From Eledone cirrhosa (Eukaryota), in contig OZ024743.1 in assembly GCA_964016885.1 (NCBI GenBank), forward strand, positions 219,356,001-219,420,000: a stretch of 64,000 nucleotides of DNA, written 5' to 3'. The translations under genes were made by a program, and so were the position numbers. The notes under the pieces were generated by a model. The model saw nothing but the letters and a program-made list of their open reading frames with translations, was not told where the DNA came from and searched no databases. This document shows, one piece after another, positions 12,531 to 27,332 of this stretch. Position 1 is the first letter of the stretch. Every line of letters starts with the position of its first letter.

Positions 12531-13796
12531 GGCATTGATACATTGGTTGGATGCCCTTCCTAACACCAGCGCCACTTTACAGCATGGACTGGGTGCTTTT
12601 ATTTGTGCCACCAGCACTAGAGAGGATGTCTTACTAGACTCAAGGGCCCTCTCTACCCCTCCATTTTACAGCATGGTCATAAAAAAAACAAAAAAAAAAA
12701 AACTTATTGACACAACGCTATATATTAGATAAAAAGATATTGAATAAAAAAAGTAGTATTTAATGGAAAAGGTGAGTTGAAATATTTTACTGTTGTTATG
12801 AAAAATGTATAATGTACAGTGGAGTAGGCTAAATTATATAGATCCATGTTTAGAGACTGTTAATATTGGTATTGAAGAGAGTTCTACTATATAATTAAGA
12901 ATCCTTGGTACAATGAATTGCAAGTGTGAATAAAAATGCTTCATCGAGGAAGTCTAGTAAGACGAAACAGTGTCTTCTAAAGTACAGATTATCCTTTCCC
13001 ATACATCATTACCCATTTCTAATTTTAATTGATTTAAAAAAAAATGTTTATTTTCAATTTTGAATTACTGCCCTTGCCTTTATTTGAATTTGTTAAGTAA
13101 TGTTCGTGAATGATTACCTCCCTTGATATGAATATTATCGCTCTTAACTTTTCGATTAATTTAGTTAATTAATTTACTCTCCTCTACCCATCACCCAGTC
13201 AAACCCCACCACAATTATCATACTTATTATCCTTTTCACCCCATCCAACATATTCCACTCGTAGGGTAAAGAGGGATTTTCTGTTGAGTCAATAACTGAC
13301 AACCTCTCTAATGTTGCTGTCACAAAAGAATGCACCCAGTACACACCGTAAGGGATTGGCAATAAGAAGGGCATCCTATTGTAGAAAGTATGCCACACAA
13401 AGGGTTGAAAGGAAACTCGCGTTGTGTCAAAGACATGACAACCTCCCTATTGTTGGTGATGAACATGATAGAGTGGTTTGTGACAGGAAGGGCAATGGGC
13501 TGTAGAAAAGAAAGTATGTAAATGAGATGTGGGTTAAAAGCCCATCTGAGCACTTGGTAGAGTAAAGGAATAGATGTAAGTGAGATGCAGGACCGTAGCC
13601 CATCTGGAAGGTCAGTAGCGCTGTTGAGTTCTGACTTGGTCAGTTATGACCTGTCCAACTCTTGCTAGCAAGGAAAATAGATGCTAGTGCTGCTGCTGCT
13701 GATGATGATGATGAAGAAGATGATGATGAAGAAGATGATGATTATTGTGTTTTCCATAATAGATATGTTAGTTTCTCATTATGTGTTATATAATAA

Positions 13797-14250
13797 GGGA
13801 GGTGGATTGGCAGTAATTAATAGAGCATTGGACAACATGCTTTGTGGCATATAGTTACATCCCTTTGTATTCTGAGTTCAAATCCCACCGGGGTTAGCTT
13901 TGCCTTTCATTCTTATGGGGTGATAAAATAAAGTACCAGTAACGCACTGGGGTTGATTTAATCGACTTTCCTCTTCCCTTCAAATTACTGGCCTTGTGCC
14001 TAAATCAGAAACCATTATTATTAAATGGAGCCTGGTGAATTGGCAGTATCGGTAGAGCATCGGACGACATGTTTTACAGCACAGAGTTTCAGACCTTTAT
14101 GTTCTGAGTTCAAATCCTGCCAAGGTTAGCTTTGCTGTTCTTCCTTATAGGGCCAATAAAATAAGTACCAATAATGCCATGTGGTTGATTTAATTGACTT
14201 CTTCTCCCTCAAAAATTGGTAGTCTTGTACCTAAATCAGAAAGCATTATA
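13797..14250 (+). mobile_element. Two tandem tRNA-derived SINEs (family A)
   Basis: Two consecutive copies with TGGCAGTA and GAGTTCAAATCC boxes and the shared body seen at 5225-5415. Confidence 0.75.
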
Positions 14251-14861
14251 AGTTATATACTTTCTGTATCAATAGTAACTGCAGATCTTTGACATGCTCT
14301 TTACTTGCTTTTAAACTTGCATAAAACCTCCATGCTTCCTGAAATTCGCCAACACTACACCTGATATTCCTCCTCCATATACATGCACACATGTATATCA
14401 TGACTCCTACACTGTTCACTTTCCTGACATTTGTACATTATTCTATGTACTATACATGCACCTTTGATGCACCTGAGTATTGTACACAATAATTTTATTA
14501 TGACTGACTGGTAAAATATGCACATAAAGATAAAGGATTGCATAACAACTTTGTCTATTTAGTATGCAACAAGGACAATATCAAGTCTCCAGTTTGGTAT
14601 GTATATATAGTCAATGTTAAATGTGATACACTTACACAGTCACACTGACATATATATAGTCAATGAAAAATGTGATACACACACACAAACACACATACAC
14701 ACACACACACACATGATATATAAATATCACAGCAGTTATTTGACATGAATAGTAAAGGAGAAGAGAAATAAAAAAACTGTCCTCATAGCATTTAATCTGG
14801 AAGTGTTTGACAGCAAAGCAGTAAGAAGATTTCAGCAGGAATAGAAAGTGAAGAAAACATT

Positions 14862-15060
14862 ATGGATCCTGAAGAAATAAAGAAAGAAATTGAAAGCGGT
14901 TATGTGGAACATCATGGCAAAGATGGCCAACCAATGTTTGCTTATAATTATAAAGGACACAGTATTCTGTATTTAGAAATATCTGTATTGGCTTTATCCA
15001 AACTACATACAGTGAAAATTAGACCTGATGATATTCTGTTGTGTTCACACCCTGGAGCAG
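14862..15060 (+). CDS. Sulfotransferase-fold gene, coding exon 1
   Basis: MDPEEIKK...VKIRPDDILLCSHPGA(G); IRPDD plus the 5'-PSB position; donor AG|GTAATA at 15061, phase 1. Confidence 0.85.
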
Positions 15061-15704
15061 GTAATATATATATAAACATATACATACATGATGATGATGA
15101 TGGCTGCCCCCTCGTTATCGAGTATGGTCATTGCACAATATAATATTATTAATAATTATTAATTAATTCCATCATGCAATGCCAGGGGGATTGGAATAAG
15201 CGGGGTGGAGGTTGGTTGGTTTGAAAATCAGTAATTTTTCTACATTGATTTAAAAAAAAAACAGAATTAGTGGTTTAGTTTATATATTGAGACCCCAACC
15301 CATCCTATTTATTTTATAACATATGGAATTTTTAGTAATGTACTTTTTTGGTCATGTATAATGTTTTTTAATGTATAAAAAATTTTTTTGCCAGCAAAGA
15401 GATAGATTATGAAAATTTAATAAGCAGGAGGGGGGGGGAGAATTATTTGAGATCCGAGAGTACATACATACAAACATACATACACATATATATATATATA
15501 TATATACATATGAGGGTGAGCTGAAAATTAAGGATTAATGCTAGTGCTGTAAAATTTTGCATGCGTTAATTTCATCTCTTCTTATTAATAACTGCATTGT
15601 TCTTTCCAGGGACTATGTTGAAAAATAAACCTCATTTGGTCATTTCATGAGAGTATCTTGATCAGCCTATAAACTTTTCAACCAATCCACATATATGCAT
15701 ACAT

Positions 15705-16249
15705 ATCATCATCATCATCATCATCATCAACGTTTAACGCCCGTGTTCCACGCTTGCATGGGTTTGGACGGGGGTAGTCCCACTTGAGGCAAGAGTGATT
15801 GTCTTGCTCGCATAGGACTGTCTGGCAGGTTTTCTACAGTTGGATGCCCTTCCTAACACCAACCACATTTACAGTGTGGGTCTGGGAGGTTTTTACCGTG
15901 TTGCCTACACGGCCACATTACAGCGTGGACTGTGTGTTTTTTGTCGTGACACCTACACGATCTCATTTGTTTCGGCCTCGATGGCGCGGCACCAACATAA
16001 CTTTACATAGAACGGGGTGGTGTGGATCGGGTGGGGGTGGGGGTGGTGGGACGGGGTGTATTTTGTTAGAGATGCCTACTGGCTGGAGTAGGTTTTACTA
16101 TATATTTAGGTAAGGCGGGTCTTCTCTGTTACTGAGTACCGCCAAAGGTCTCGGTCCAGTGACATTGTCTTGGAGAGGTGTAAGTGTGTGATGTCGGAGT
16201 TTATCAGCTCGTCCCAGGTTTTTCTAGGTCTGCCTATTCCGTGACTACC

Positions 16250-16252
<3 letters not shown>
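15705..16252 (-). mobile_element. RTE LINE 3' end fragment
   Basis: IDGSHGIGRPRKTWDELINSD...RLT*, the 3' UTR shared with the 37.6-39.8 kb copy, and a (GAT)n tail. Confidence 0.85.
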
Positions 16253-16289
<37 letters not shown>

Positions 16290-16367
16290 TGATGATGATC
16301 ATGAAGATATATATATATATATATATATATTGGAAAATGTGTGTAATCCTTGGTACAGTTAGGTATA

Positions 16368-16806
16368 TTAAGACAGGGGGGAAGAAAAAATGGCTTCACT
16401 TGTGCTTTCAACAAATTTATTTTCTTCACAAAATCCAAAAATAATTTTTCTTAAAAAAAATTATTTTATAAATTAAGTTGTTGGTTGTTGGTGAGGTATT
16501 GTTTCGTTTTTAGAAAGACCTTTCATGCTGAGGTGCGCTTGTCAAACTGATGTGTATGTGGTGTGTTGTTCTATATATAGGGATTTAACATGTCTGTGGT
16601 GTGGTAGGGGTTTCTTTTCTCCCCCCTTAATAAGTGCATGGGTGTAGGTGTGTTGAAAAAGTGTTCATAGCAGTAATGAGTTGAGACGGTGAGTAGGGTT
16701 GGGTGGGGAGAAACTTAGCAATATATATATATATATACACACACATACACACACACATATATACAAACATACACATACATACATGTACATATACACATAT
16801 ATACAC

Positions 16807-16857
<51 letters not shown>

Positions 16858-17185
16858 TATACATATATATATACACACACACATACAAACATACACACAT
16901 CCATACATATACGTATATATATACACACACACACATACACACACACACACACACATACACACACCCACACATATATACCCACACGTACATACATCCATAC
17001 ATCCCTACACACACATATGTGTGTGTCTCACCCTTCATTCAGATATTCATGAGTATACATAAGAAGAGGGGGGGGTATATATGTATGTGGGTGTGTGTGT
17101 GTGTGTGTATGTGTGTGTATATATATATACATATATGTATGGATGTGTGTATGTTTGTATGTGTGTGTGTATATATATATGTATA

Positions 17186-17246
<61 letters not shown>

Positions 17247-17297
17247 GTGTATATGTACATGTATGTATGTGTATGTTTGTATATATGTGTGTGTGTA

Positions 17298-17346
<49 letters not shown>

Positions 17347-17551
17347 ATATATATGTATGTTTATGTGTGTGTATGTATGTGTATCTACCTATATATATGT
17401 GTGTGTGTGTGTATGTATGTGCATATATGTACATATGTGTGTACATGTGTGTATGTTTCTGTTTGTGTATATGTATGTAGATGTATGTGTGTGTGTATAT
17501 ATATGTATTTTTATGTGTATGTGTATGTGTCTTTATGTGCTCGTGTATACG

Positions 17552-17598
<47 letters not shown>

Positions 17599-17657
17599 AT
17601 GTGTGAATGTATGTATATGTGTGTATGTGTATATATATGTATATGTGTGTGTATGTA

Positions 17658-17700
<43 letters not shown>

Positions 17701-17779
17701 GTATGTACATGTATGTGTATGCATGTATGTGTATGTATGTACCTGTATGTGTATGTGTATGTGTATGTGTATGTATGTG

Positions 17780-17812
<33 letters not shown>

Positions 17813-17921
17813 GCATATGTATGTGTGTATATATATGTATATGGATATGTATGTATGTGTATATGTGTGTATGTGTCTGTATGTATTTATGTGTACATAT
17901 GTGTATATGTATGTGTATGTA

Positions 17922-17974
<53 letters not shown>

Positions 17975-18277
17975 GTGTGTGTGTGTATGCCTCTCTCTTT
18001 ATATGTGTATATATATATATGGATGTATGTGTGTATGTGTGTGTATGTATGCATGTATGTATGAACGGAGGGGTATATATACGGACATATGTATGTGTGT
18101 GTGTGTGTGTGCGTGTGTGTGTGTACACACGTGCGCGCGCGCGTGTGTGTGTGTGTGTATGTGTGCGTGTATGTGTGTATATATGTATATTTAGTTATGT
18201 ATCTTTATGTGTGTATATGTATGTATGTGTATGTAGGTATATGTATGTATATATGTATGTATATATATATGTATATA

Positions 18278-18327
<50 letters not shown>

Positions 18328-19785
18328 GGTGTGTGTGTATGTGTGTGTATGTGTATGTGTATGTATATATATTTATATATATATATATATGTATATGTAT
18401 GTATGTATATGTGTATGTATGTGTGTATATGTCAGGTCACCAGTTGGTGCTACTGGTAACATGTATCCCAGTACAACCTGTCTCATGGTCGGGTCGTTGG
18501 CGACTTAACTGGCAACCCCACCAAGGTTTCTTGGTGAGGAGGGTGACTTTGGACATCCTGCAGGACTAAAAACAAAACCTGTCAAAGGGCAAGGGAGCTC
18601 TTAAGAGTCAATAGCCATCCAAAATCACCGGAAGAGATGACCCCTTAGCCTTTGTCAAGGCAGAATTCTAGCAGAAGGAAAACTCTGATATAACACCTGC
18701 AACCCTGATGGTATCCAATGATGTTGACTTGTTCTTCTTTTTGATAAATATCATCTTGGTTAAGAGAGTGGGACTGGCTTTGTGCAGTGCCTTTGCTCAC
18801 TATAAAAGCTTCACGGCACAGGCATTGCTTTATATCTGGAGATCTCTCTGCACTTGTCGTCACATGGTACCATGGGCCCAGCACTATGTGTCAATAATTG
18901 TCACAAGTGTAGTGTTTGTACCAGAGTTTTCAAGTCGCTGGCTGGACTAAAAAGTCACACTCGTTCAGAGCATCGGTAGGAGTTCTCCTACATGGATATA
19001 AAGTAGTGGCCGTACTCGAAAACGAGTTGGCAGCCACCATGTGTGTATATATGTGTATATATATATATATACCCATGTGGAGGTATGTGTACATATTCGT
19101 GTGTGTACGTATGTGTATGTGTGTTTTTATATGTGTCTCTATATGTTATTGTGTATGTATTTGTACAGGGGTGTGTGATTGGTGTGTGCCTGTATATTCC
19201 TACATACGCCCGTGTGTGTATGTACATATATGCACACATATATATATGTGTGTGTTGAACAAAGGACTAACTTTGGGATGGACGTAGACAGATTCTTCAG
19301 GAAAAAAAGAAAAAAATAATTATTCACAAGCTTGACAGGTGCGATTTGCCTGTGACCATTCTCAACACAAAAGCGATGCTAAAAGCTTTTTCCCCTGAAT
19401 AAAGGAATTTTTCAAGAATGACCGGGGCAGGCCGCACTTGCTAAGTTTCTCCCCACCCAACCCTACTCACCGTCTCAACTCATTACTGCTATGAACACTT
19501 TTTCAACACACCTACACCCATGCACTTATTAAGGGGGGAGAAAAGAAACCCCTACCACACCACAGACATGTTAAATCCCTATATAGAACAACACACCACA
19601 TACACATCAGTTTGACAAGCGCACCTCAGCGTGAAAGGTCTTTCTAAAAACGAAACAATACCTCACCAACAACCAACAACTTAATTTATAAAATAATTTT
19701 ATTTAAGAAAAATTCTTTTTGAATTTTGTGAAGAAAATAAATTTGTTGAAAGCACAAGTGAAGCCATTTTTTCTTCCCCCCTGTC

Positions 19786-19790
<5 letters not shown>
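16368..19790. repeat. Inverted repeat pair (arms about 16368-16720 and 19438-19790) around a TA/TG microsatellite block
   Basis: TTAAGACAGGGGGAAGAAAAAATGGC...GAGAAACTTAGCAA is reverse-complemented at 19438-19790. A second inverted pair lies inside (about 16720-16985 and 17076-17340). Confidence 0.85.
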
Positions 19791-19821
<31 letters not shown>

Positions 19822-19844
19822 CACACACACACACACATATATAG

Positions 19845-20698
<854 letters not shown>

Positions 20699-20699
20699 A

Positions 20700-22241
20700 C
20701 GAAGGAAATGTGGTAAGGAACCAGGTGGACCATAATGCACCAAAGTACTCAATACTTAGGGTAGTAGAGTGGGTAATAGGAACGAGTAGGACCCCGATGG
20801 CTGAGCTCAAGCTGTTTCGACGGCTAATTCTGGACTAAATGAAATTTTTTATCCTGGTATATGAATAGCCGAGCTTCTCAGGGGGTAATTCCATATATGG
20901 TAAAAGTGATTGTCACAAGGATTGGTCAAAAGTTTGTTGTTGAGACACATAATTCTATCATGGCAATTTGTGGAAGGAAGGGGTAGCTGAACCTGCCAGT
21001 AGAAGAAAGAGGGACCCAACTTTGTAATGGGTAACCCCTGCTTGCAATGGTAGACGTAAGATCTTCTTTTATATCTTTTTATCGTTTCCTCTATATTTCC
21101 TTCTTCCCCCCATCCCTTCCTAGTCCTTCCTCCCCAGTCCTCCTCCTTTGTCGTTTTCTCGCCCACCCGAGGTAGCCCCTCGGTCCTTTGTAGCCTCAGT
21201 TCCCCCACTCCCATCCCCTATTCTATGATAGAATTGGCCGACTCCGCTTTTTATAGCAGATGTGATAGATCCCAGATACTTGCTTTCTCATCCGATGGCT
21301 GCCCCATGTCCGTGCTTTCTACATTTCTTGGTGGTATCTCTGCTTTAATTTCTCGTATATCAGTATTTTTTGGGGGGTGGAAGGGGGGTGGGGGGTGGGG
21401 GGGTGTTTCTGAATTAATTTTCCGTATCAAATTTTTCATATACTTCGTACGAGCATTTATGTAGTTTGCACTAGAATTTTTGTATCGTAGCGGCACCCTT
21501 AGAGATAGTATTAGTATTCATTTTCGGGATTCTGAATTATTATTTCGTATTAGTTTATTTTTTGCACTGGGTGGTTGCTGGCCTTGTGCCTAGGGTGGAG
21601 GCAATTATTTTGTATTAGTTTCGGGACTCTGAATTATTATTTCGTGGTAGTTCCTTTAGTATTTTGGCCCCCACTTGTTGACCTGTCACCGTAAGATATA
21701 CTCGGTTGATTACTACTAACTCTTAAATTGGTCTCTTTACAATTCCGTCCCACCTAGTAAACTTTTCTATAGTTTAGCAGTACCAGTGAGAGAATTGATG
21801 ACTGTCGTTAGGGAATAGTAACCAGAAATTGTTTTTTTTTTATATTTTTAACATTCTTGGTATTCTTCTATATATTTACTCCATATTGATTTACTTTTTG
21901 TTTCGACTTCCTCCCCCTCCCCCTCCCTAGTATACTTGCTTGACCTCCAACCCTGCTGTAGTTGGCACTATCAACGCACAACTGGGTTTCCTCCACTCCC
22001 TCTCTCTCTCCCCCTTTCTTCTACTGGCAGGTTCAGCTACCCCTTCCTTCCACAAATTGCCATGATAGAATTATGTGTCTCAACAACAAACTTTAGGCCA
22101 ATCCTTGTGACAATCACTTTTACCATATATGGAATTACCCCCTGAGAAGCTCGGCTATTCATATACCAGGATAAAAATTTTCATTTAGACAGAATTAGCC
22201 GTCGAAACGGCTTGAGCTCAGCCGTCGGGGTCCTACTCGTT

Positions 22242-22245
<4 letters not shown>
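20700..22245. mobile_element. Penelope-like pseudo-LTR remnant with inverted arms (about 20775-21010 and 22010-22245)
   Basis: The arms are reverse complements and each carries a hammerhead-like fold. The same family recurs near 39880-39920 and 53926-54120. The PLE assignment is inferred; no ORF was seen. Confidence 0.55.
22137..22231 (+). ncRNA. Type I hammerhead-like ribozyme, variant core
   Basis: Stem I ACCCC/GGGGT; core CTGAGAA (G8->A); stem II CGGCTA/TAGCCG; CGAAA; stem III ACGGCT/AGCCGT; GUC cleavage triplet ending at 22226. Confidence 0.6.
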
Positions 22246-22298
<53 letters not shown>

Positions 22299-22371
22299 TC
22301 ATCATCATCATCATCAGCATGTAATGTCCATTTTCCATGCTAGCGTGGGTTAGAAGGGTTGTATATATATT

Positions 22372-22702
22372 CATTTCATTTTACGTCCGCTTTTTCCCTG
22401 CTTGCAAGGGTGGGACGGGAACTGATTCTGGCTTGATTTCTACAGCTGGATGCCCTTCCTAACACCAACCTCATTTACAGTGAGTGCTAGGTGCTTTTTT
22501 GCTGTGGCACCTCCACGATCACTTTGCAGTGGAATGATATGGACCCCAATCCCTATCATCTCATTTCCACAGCTAAGTAAACTGGAGCAATGTGAAATAA
22601 AGTGTCTTGCTCAAGGAAACAACACATAACGCGGTCTGAGAGTTGAACTCGCAACCTTTTGATTGCAAGGCCAATGCTCTAATCACTAAGCCATGTGCCT
22701 CC
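22372..22702 (-). mobile_element. tRNA-derived SINE, family B (RTE-like tail)
   Basis: Reverse complement of the 25562-25895 copy; another copy at about 42110-42455. Confidence 0.8.
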
Positions 22703-23402
22703 ATATATATATATATAAGGGTTGACCTCCACAGCTTCTTGTGGGATTGAGTTACTGAGTCAGAACATCATGCCATCTGGCTTTTGGCCACCCTCTAGTT
22801 ATTCTCCACTGCCTAGGTGTCCACCCTGTTGCTTTAATAGTCCACTCTTTGTCTTTGAAATGAGAGATGTGGTCAGTTCATCTATGTTTGCCCTTCTGCA
22901 TGATCTCGATTATATCCTTCACGCCAGTCTGCTGTCGAATCCAGGTGTTGCTCTTCCTGTCATTTCAGGTGATGCCAAGCATGAATTGCTCCATGGTGTC
23001 TCTGCAGTGGCGGTGTTGAATATCAATGTCTCACTTTGATGAATCATCACCAGCAAAATATATTCATTGAACAACTTTCTCTTGGTTTCAATTATATATA
23101 TATATATGTGTATGTATGTGGAAGAGTGGATGTAAAATGGTGATGATGATGATGATGATATATATATATATCAAGGATGACACGCAAATTCGTGAAGCGT
23201 TCCATATTTTTCCAGATGGCTGGAACAGGTAAAAGAGTAAAATATACACATATATTACCATCAACATCGATTAACGTCCACCTTCCACACTAGCATGGGT
23301 TAGAGAGGTTCCATTTAGAGGCAAGTTGAGTTGGGTCACTGTGTCTCGCTCATATAGGGGTGTTCCTGGTTGGTTTTCTAAGGCCGGATGCCCTTCCTAA
23401 TG

Positions 23403-23489
<87 letters not shown>

Positions 23490-23495
<6 letters not shown>

Positions 23496-24262
23496 CTTGT
23501 GTTTATTTCCATCTTCGGTTAGCTTCCCCCTGTGTTGTTTACTTGTCTCACTCGCTTTACGCGTTTCTATTGTCCTAATAACTTATTTTAGTTATTATCG
23601 CTCCAACGTGAGGTATATGATTTTTAATGCGATGAAATACCCATGATCGTTTGGTAAATCACTGATGAGGGACTCATTTTATAACATGTTATCCATGTGC
23701 AACCAGCAGTATTCTTCTCACCCATATTTTTCATATATTTACCCAAACTGCAATTCTGTGTTTCTCTCTTTCTCTCTTACTGCTCCCTCGTTCTCTCTGT
23801 TTCTCTTACTTTCTTTCGTCCCCTCTGCCATGTCAGTTAACTCTTTCTCTCTACTGACCTCTTCCTCGCACTCCCACTCACTCAGTCTCTGTTTCTCCCC
23901 TTCTTTCTTCCTCCCGTTCGCTGAGAAAACGGTTTTCATTCTTTCTAACACCGGATTCACTAGCGAAAGGTCTGTTTTCTCACTCGCTCATATATTCACA
24001 CAGCTTATGCTGAAAGAATAACTATGTTGCTTGTGTTTATTTCCATCTTCGGTTAGCTTCCCCCTGTGTTGTTTACTTGTCTCACTCGCTTTACGCGTTT
24101 CTATTGTCCTAATAACTTATTTTAGTTATTATCGCTCCAACGTGAGGTATATGATTTTTAATGCGATGAAATACCCATGATCGTTTGGTAAATCACTGAT
24201 GAGGGACTCATTTTATAACATGTTATCCATGTGCAACCAGCAGTATTCTTCTCACCCATATT

Positions 24263-24270
<8 letters not shown>
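23490..24270 (+). repeat. Direct repeat of about 250 bp (23490-23737 and 24023-24270)
   Basis: ATGTTGCTTGTGTTTATTTCC...CCCATATTTTTCATATAT is present twice. Confidence 0.85.
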
Positions 24271-24330
<60 letters not shown>

Positions 24331-24464
24331 AGTATATGTTGGTTGTTTACCGACACTTCAGTAAGCAGATTTGAGCACTCGACGAAGTATGCAGGTTGGT
24401 TTGTTTACTCCGGAGTAATGTTAAATAATTAAGTCATATATTTAAAATTTGGCTTTATTATTAA

Positions 24465-25382
24465 CTAGCAGTAAAGCCCGGCATTGCTCGGGGTCGCTCA
24501 GTAACTGTGTTAAAGTTACAATGTTAAGTTTCTTTCTTGGCTTAAAAACTGTAGTGTCTACTGTGCAGACTTGCATGTGGTGTTTTTGATTAATATTCCC
24601 TCAACCAACAATATGCCTTATGAAGTTAAGAAAACATAACGATAACCCGAATGTTATAACAAAAGAGGATGCTGGGGATAGAAACTGCACTGGTTATTTA
24701 TTAACAAAGATCGAAAATGTAAACACTGCAACGCAGAGAAAAACATTAGTGTAACCAAATTATCAGTTATGTCTGTCTGCACGCCTATATCACCTCTCTG
24801 CACGACTGTCTGTCTGCACGCCTATATCACCTCTCTGCACGACTGTCTGTCTGCACGCCTATATCACCTCTCTGCACGACTGTCTGTCTGAACGACTGTC
24901 TGTCTGCACGCCTAACGACGAAATATTTGCTTGTTTTACGTAGTCTTTAAATAGACTTGTTTTCAAGTAAAAATATTGTTTTAAAATGCTTTTAAATGGA
25001 AATGAAGCAAAACGGAAGCTTAGTGTTCGAACTGATGAATTTTGCAGGTCAATATTTTGCTGGCTCGACAACTGTTCGTGTATTGTGTTAATGTCATTTT
25101 AAACGCTGAGAAAGCCAGCGTAATTTTTTACGTAAGACGCTCAATGTAAACAGAACAAAGGGAAATAACTGATAACTTACGCTCAAAAATCGATACATTA
25201 TATTCGATTTCGTCACATAAGGTGGGTCAATTTGAAATATTTTTTTTCCGATGTCTTCGCTAGGGCTCAATGTACAAGTATAGCAATTTCGGTGCAATTC
25301 CGTGAGAGATTCTAAGAGGAGATGTGTGCCAAAAATCGATAGACAGACAGACAACCACAGTTTTATATATATAGATTATAGA
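24465..25382 (-). mobile_element. Non-autonomous Helitron
   Basis: Minus strand: 5' TC (TCTATAATCTATATATATAAAAC), 3' hairpin CCCG-AGCAATGC-CGGG then CTAG|T; internal 37-bp tandem repeat at 24771-24914. It splits an element that is uninterrupted at 43108-43425. Confidence 0.8.
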
Positions 25383-25385
25383 TAT

Positions 25386-25440
25386 ACTGCTATATATATT
25401 TCGGTGACAGCCATCATTGGCTGTGACCTCTTCAGGCAGT
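25386..25440 (-). ncRNA. Minimal type I hammerhead ribozyme
   Basis: ACTGC-CTGAAGA-GGTCACAGCCA(atga)TGGCTGTCACC-GAAA-TATATATA^-GCAGT: complete core, stem I 5 bp, stem II about 10 bp, palindromic stem III. Confidence 0.85.
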
Positions 25441-25561
25441 CTGAATTGGTGTGGAAAAGACAGGTACACATGTTGTTGAAGTGTGTTTTACTCCGTCAAC
25501 CCATTGATATGTCCAGCTGCTGGTTGTGTTGTTATTTCTCTGAGGAACTGGAATCATATAA

Positions 25562-25895
25562 TGGAGGCACATGGCTTAATGGTTAGAGCATTGGCCTTGC
25601 AATCGAAAAGTTGTGAGTTCAATTCTCAGGCCGGGTGATGTGTTGTTTCCTTGAGCAAGACACTTTATTTGACATTGCTCCAGTTTACTCAGCTGTAGAA
25701 ATGAGATAATAGGACTGGGGTCCCTATCATTCCACTGCAAAGTGAACGTGTAGGTGGCACGGCAAAAAAGCACCCAGCACTCACTGTAAATGGTGTTGGA
25801 AGGGCATCCAGCTGTAGAAATCAAGCCAGAATCAGTTCCCGTCCCACCCTTGCAAGCAGGGAAAAGCGGACGTAAAATAATGATGATGATGATGA
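25562..25895 (+). mobile_element. tRNA-derived SINE, family B
   Basis: tRNA-like head GGAGGCACATGGCTTAATGGTTAGAGC...GAGTTCAATTCTC, central CCTTGAGCAAGACACTT, RTE-like 3' end and (GAT)n tail. Confidence 0.85.
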
Positions 25896-27332
25896 TATAT
25901 AGTTTAGGGATTGTAACGTCAAGTTACGGTTGGTTCAGTAAAGTGAGCACTCGATGTGTAGTCTCCAGTATGTATTTTGGTGTTGTACTAAGCAGAGTGT
26001 AATGATAATTGTTTCTACTTTTGGCACAAGGCCAGCAATTACCCAGTACATTACTGGTACTTTATTTTATCGACCCCGTAAGGATGAAAGGCAAAGTTAA
26101 CCTCGTCCATATTATTATTACACTCAACTTTTCATTATGTTTATTGAGGTGTGATGTGCATTTCTCGATTGATAAACTCAAAGTATTCATCGGGCCTGAC
26201 TCTGGAATCAAAAGCTCATCAGACTTCTGTTAGCACAATAATGTCATATATATATATACACACACACATGCACATATATATATATATACATAAACATGTC
26301 TGTTTATAAAAGTATTTCTGATAACATATTTAATTATAAACAAATTACTACAATTTAAAGTTTAAAAAAATTCAGTGTAATCTTCTTATACTTATCATGT
26401 TGAATCAAAGGAACTATCAGTTACACTAATTCCACTGTTTTACTTATGAATTCTTAAATGACCCAGACATCTGTGCTGACAGCCACAACATTTGAATTAG
26501 AACAAAACAGCATGTAACTAAATACTGTTTGTAACATTTGGTTAACTTACAAAGCATCTGCATATTTGAAATTTGAAAATATAGTCACCACAGTGCAGAT
26601 AATTATAATAATAGTTGATAACTATAGATAACAGTTACTGTATATACATGAATATAAGCAGATAAGCTGAGCCCACTATTTTATGTCTGAGAAATGGGCA
26701 AAAATCTAAACCTTATTTATGTAGAATTTGAAGCTGGAGAAAATTGTCCAAATATTGACCCCAAATATAAGTTGACTTCCACTTCTACTATCGATGTTTT
26801 GGTCACATATTCCTCGGCTTATATTCAAATATATACAGTAATTAATACTTTACTAAATTTATATATTTATTCAAGTCCTTCAATATGGTGAATATATTTT
26901 CAAAATGTTCAATACCACGAAGAGAAAACATAAATTATACATTCAAGGTAGAAAATGTTAACTCAATAGACCTATGTATAATGAGTAAATGTGTGTTACT
27001 TAGGGTCGATTCCTGAACCAGATGGTGAGTTGTGTCTTTCAGCAAAAACACTTTATTTAATCCATTCAGCTGGATAAAAAATTAGTTGCAGCATTATTGA
27101 TGCCAAGTTGTATCAGCCTTTGCTTTCCTCTTGGACAATATGGATGCCATGAAGAATAGGGATTTGCATGGGTGATTGCTTGTTTTCTACAAAAACATTT
27201 TACCCAGGCTTGCACCATGGAAAAGAATGTTCCTAGGTGCAAACATATGGTTAGTCAGTTGTGACTGAAGAGGGTGGGGTCCCATATTCATGTGTAATCA
27301 CGTTTTCTATTAACATATTTCTGTGTCTATAT

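Noticed and set aside
12941-12976. GAGGAAGTC-TAGTAA-GACGAAACAGTGTC hammerhead-like motif
   Set aside because: The core reads TCGAGGA instead of CTGANGA and there is no stem I.
16627-18569. Long ORFs rich in Y/I/C/V/M/H/T (also 41815-42107, 44784-45152, 47178-49188)
   Set aside because: Translations of TA/TG microsatellites, which lack stop codons; not genes.
18480-18710. GC-richer island between microsatellites, possibly a LINE 5' UTR with an HDV-like ribozyme
   Set aside because: I could not build the nested double pseudoknot by eye; it needs a descriptor search.
19608-19645. TTGACAA-GCGC/GCGT-GAAA, possible U3-A8 hammerhead variant
   Set aside because: Stems I and III cannot be formed.
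23655-23700. CTGATGAGGGA in the 250-bp direct repeat
   Set aside because: No GAAA after the putative stem II in either copy.
25562-25635. tRNA-like sequence
   Set aside because: It is the head of a multi-copy SINE, with no proper acceptor stem; not a tRNA gene.
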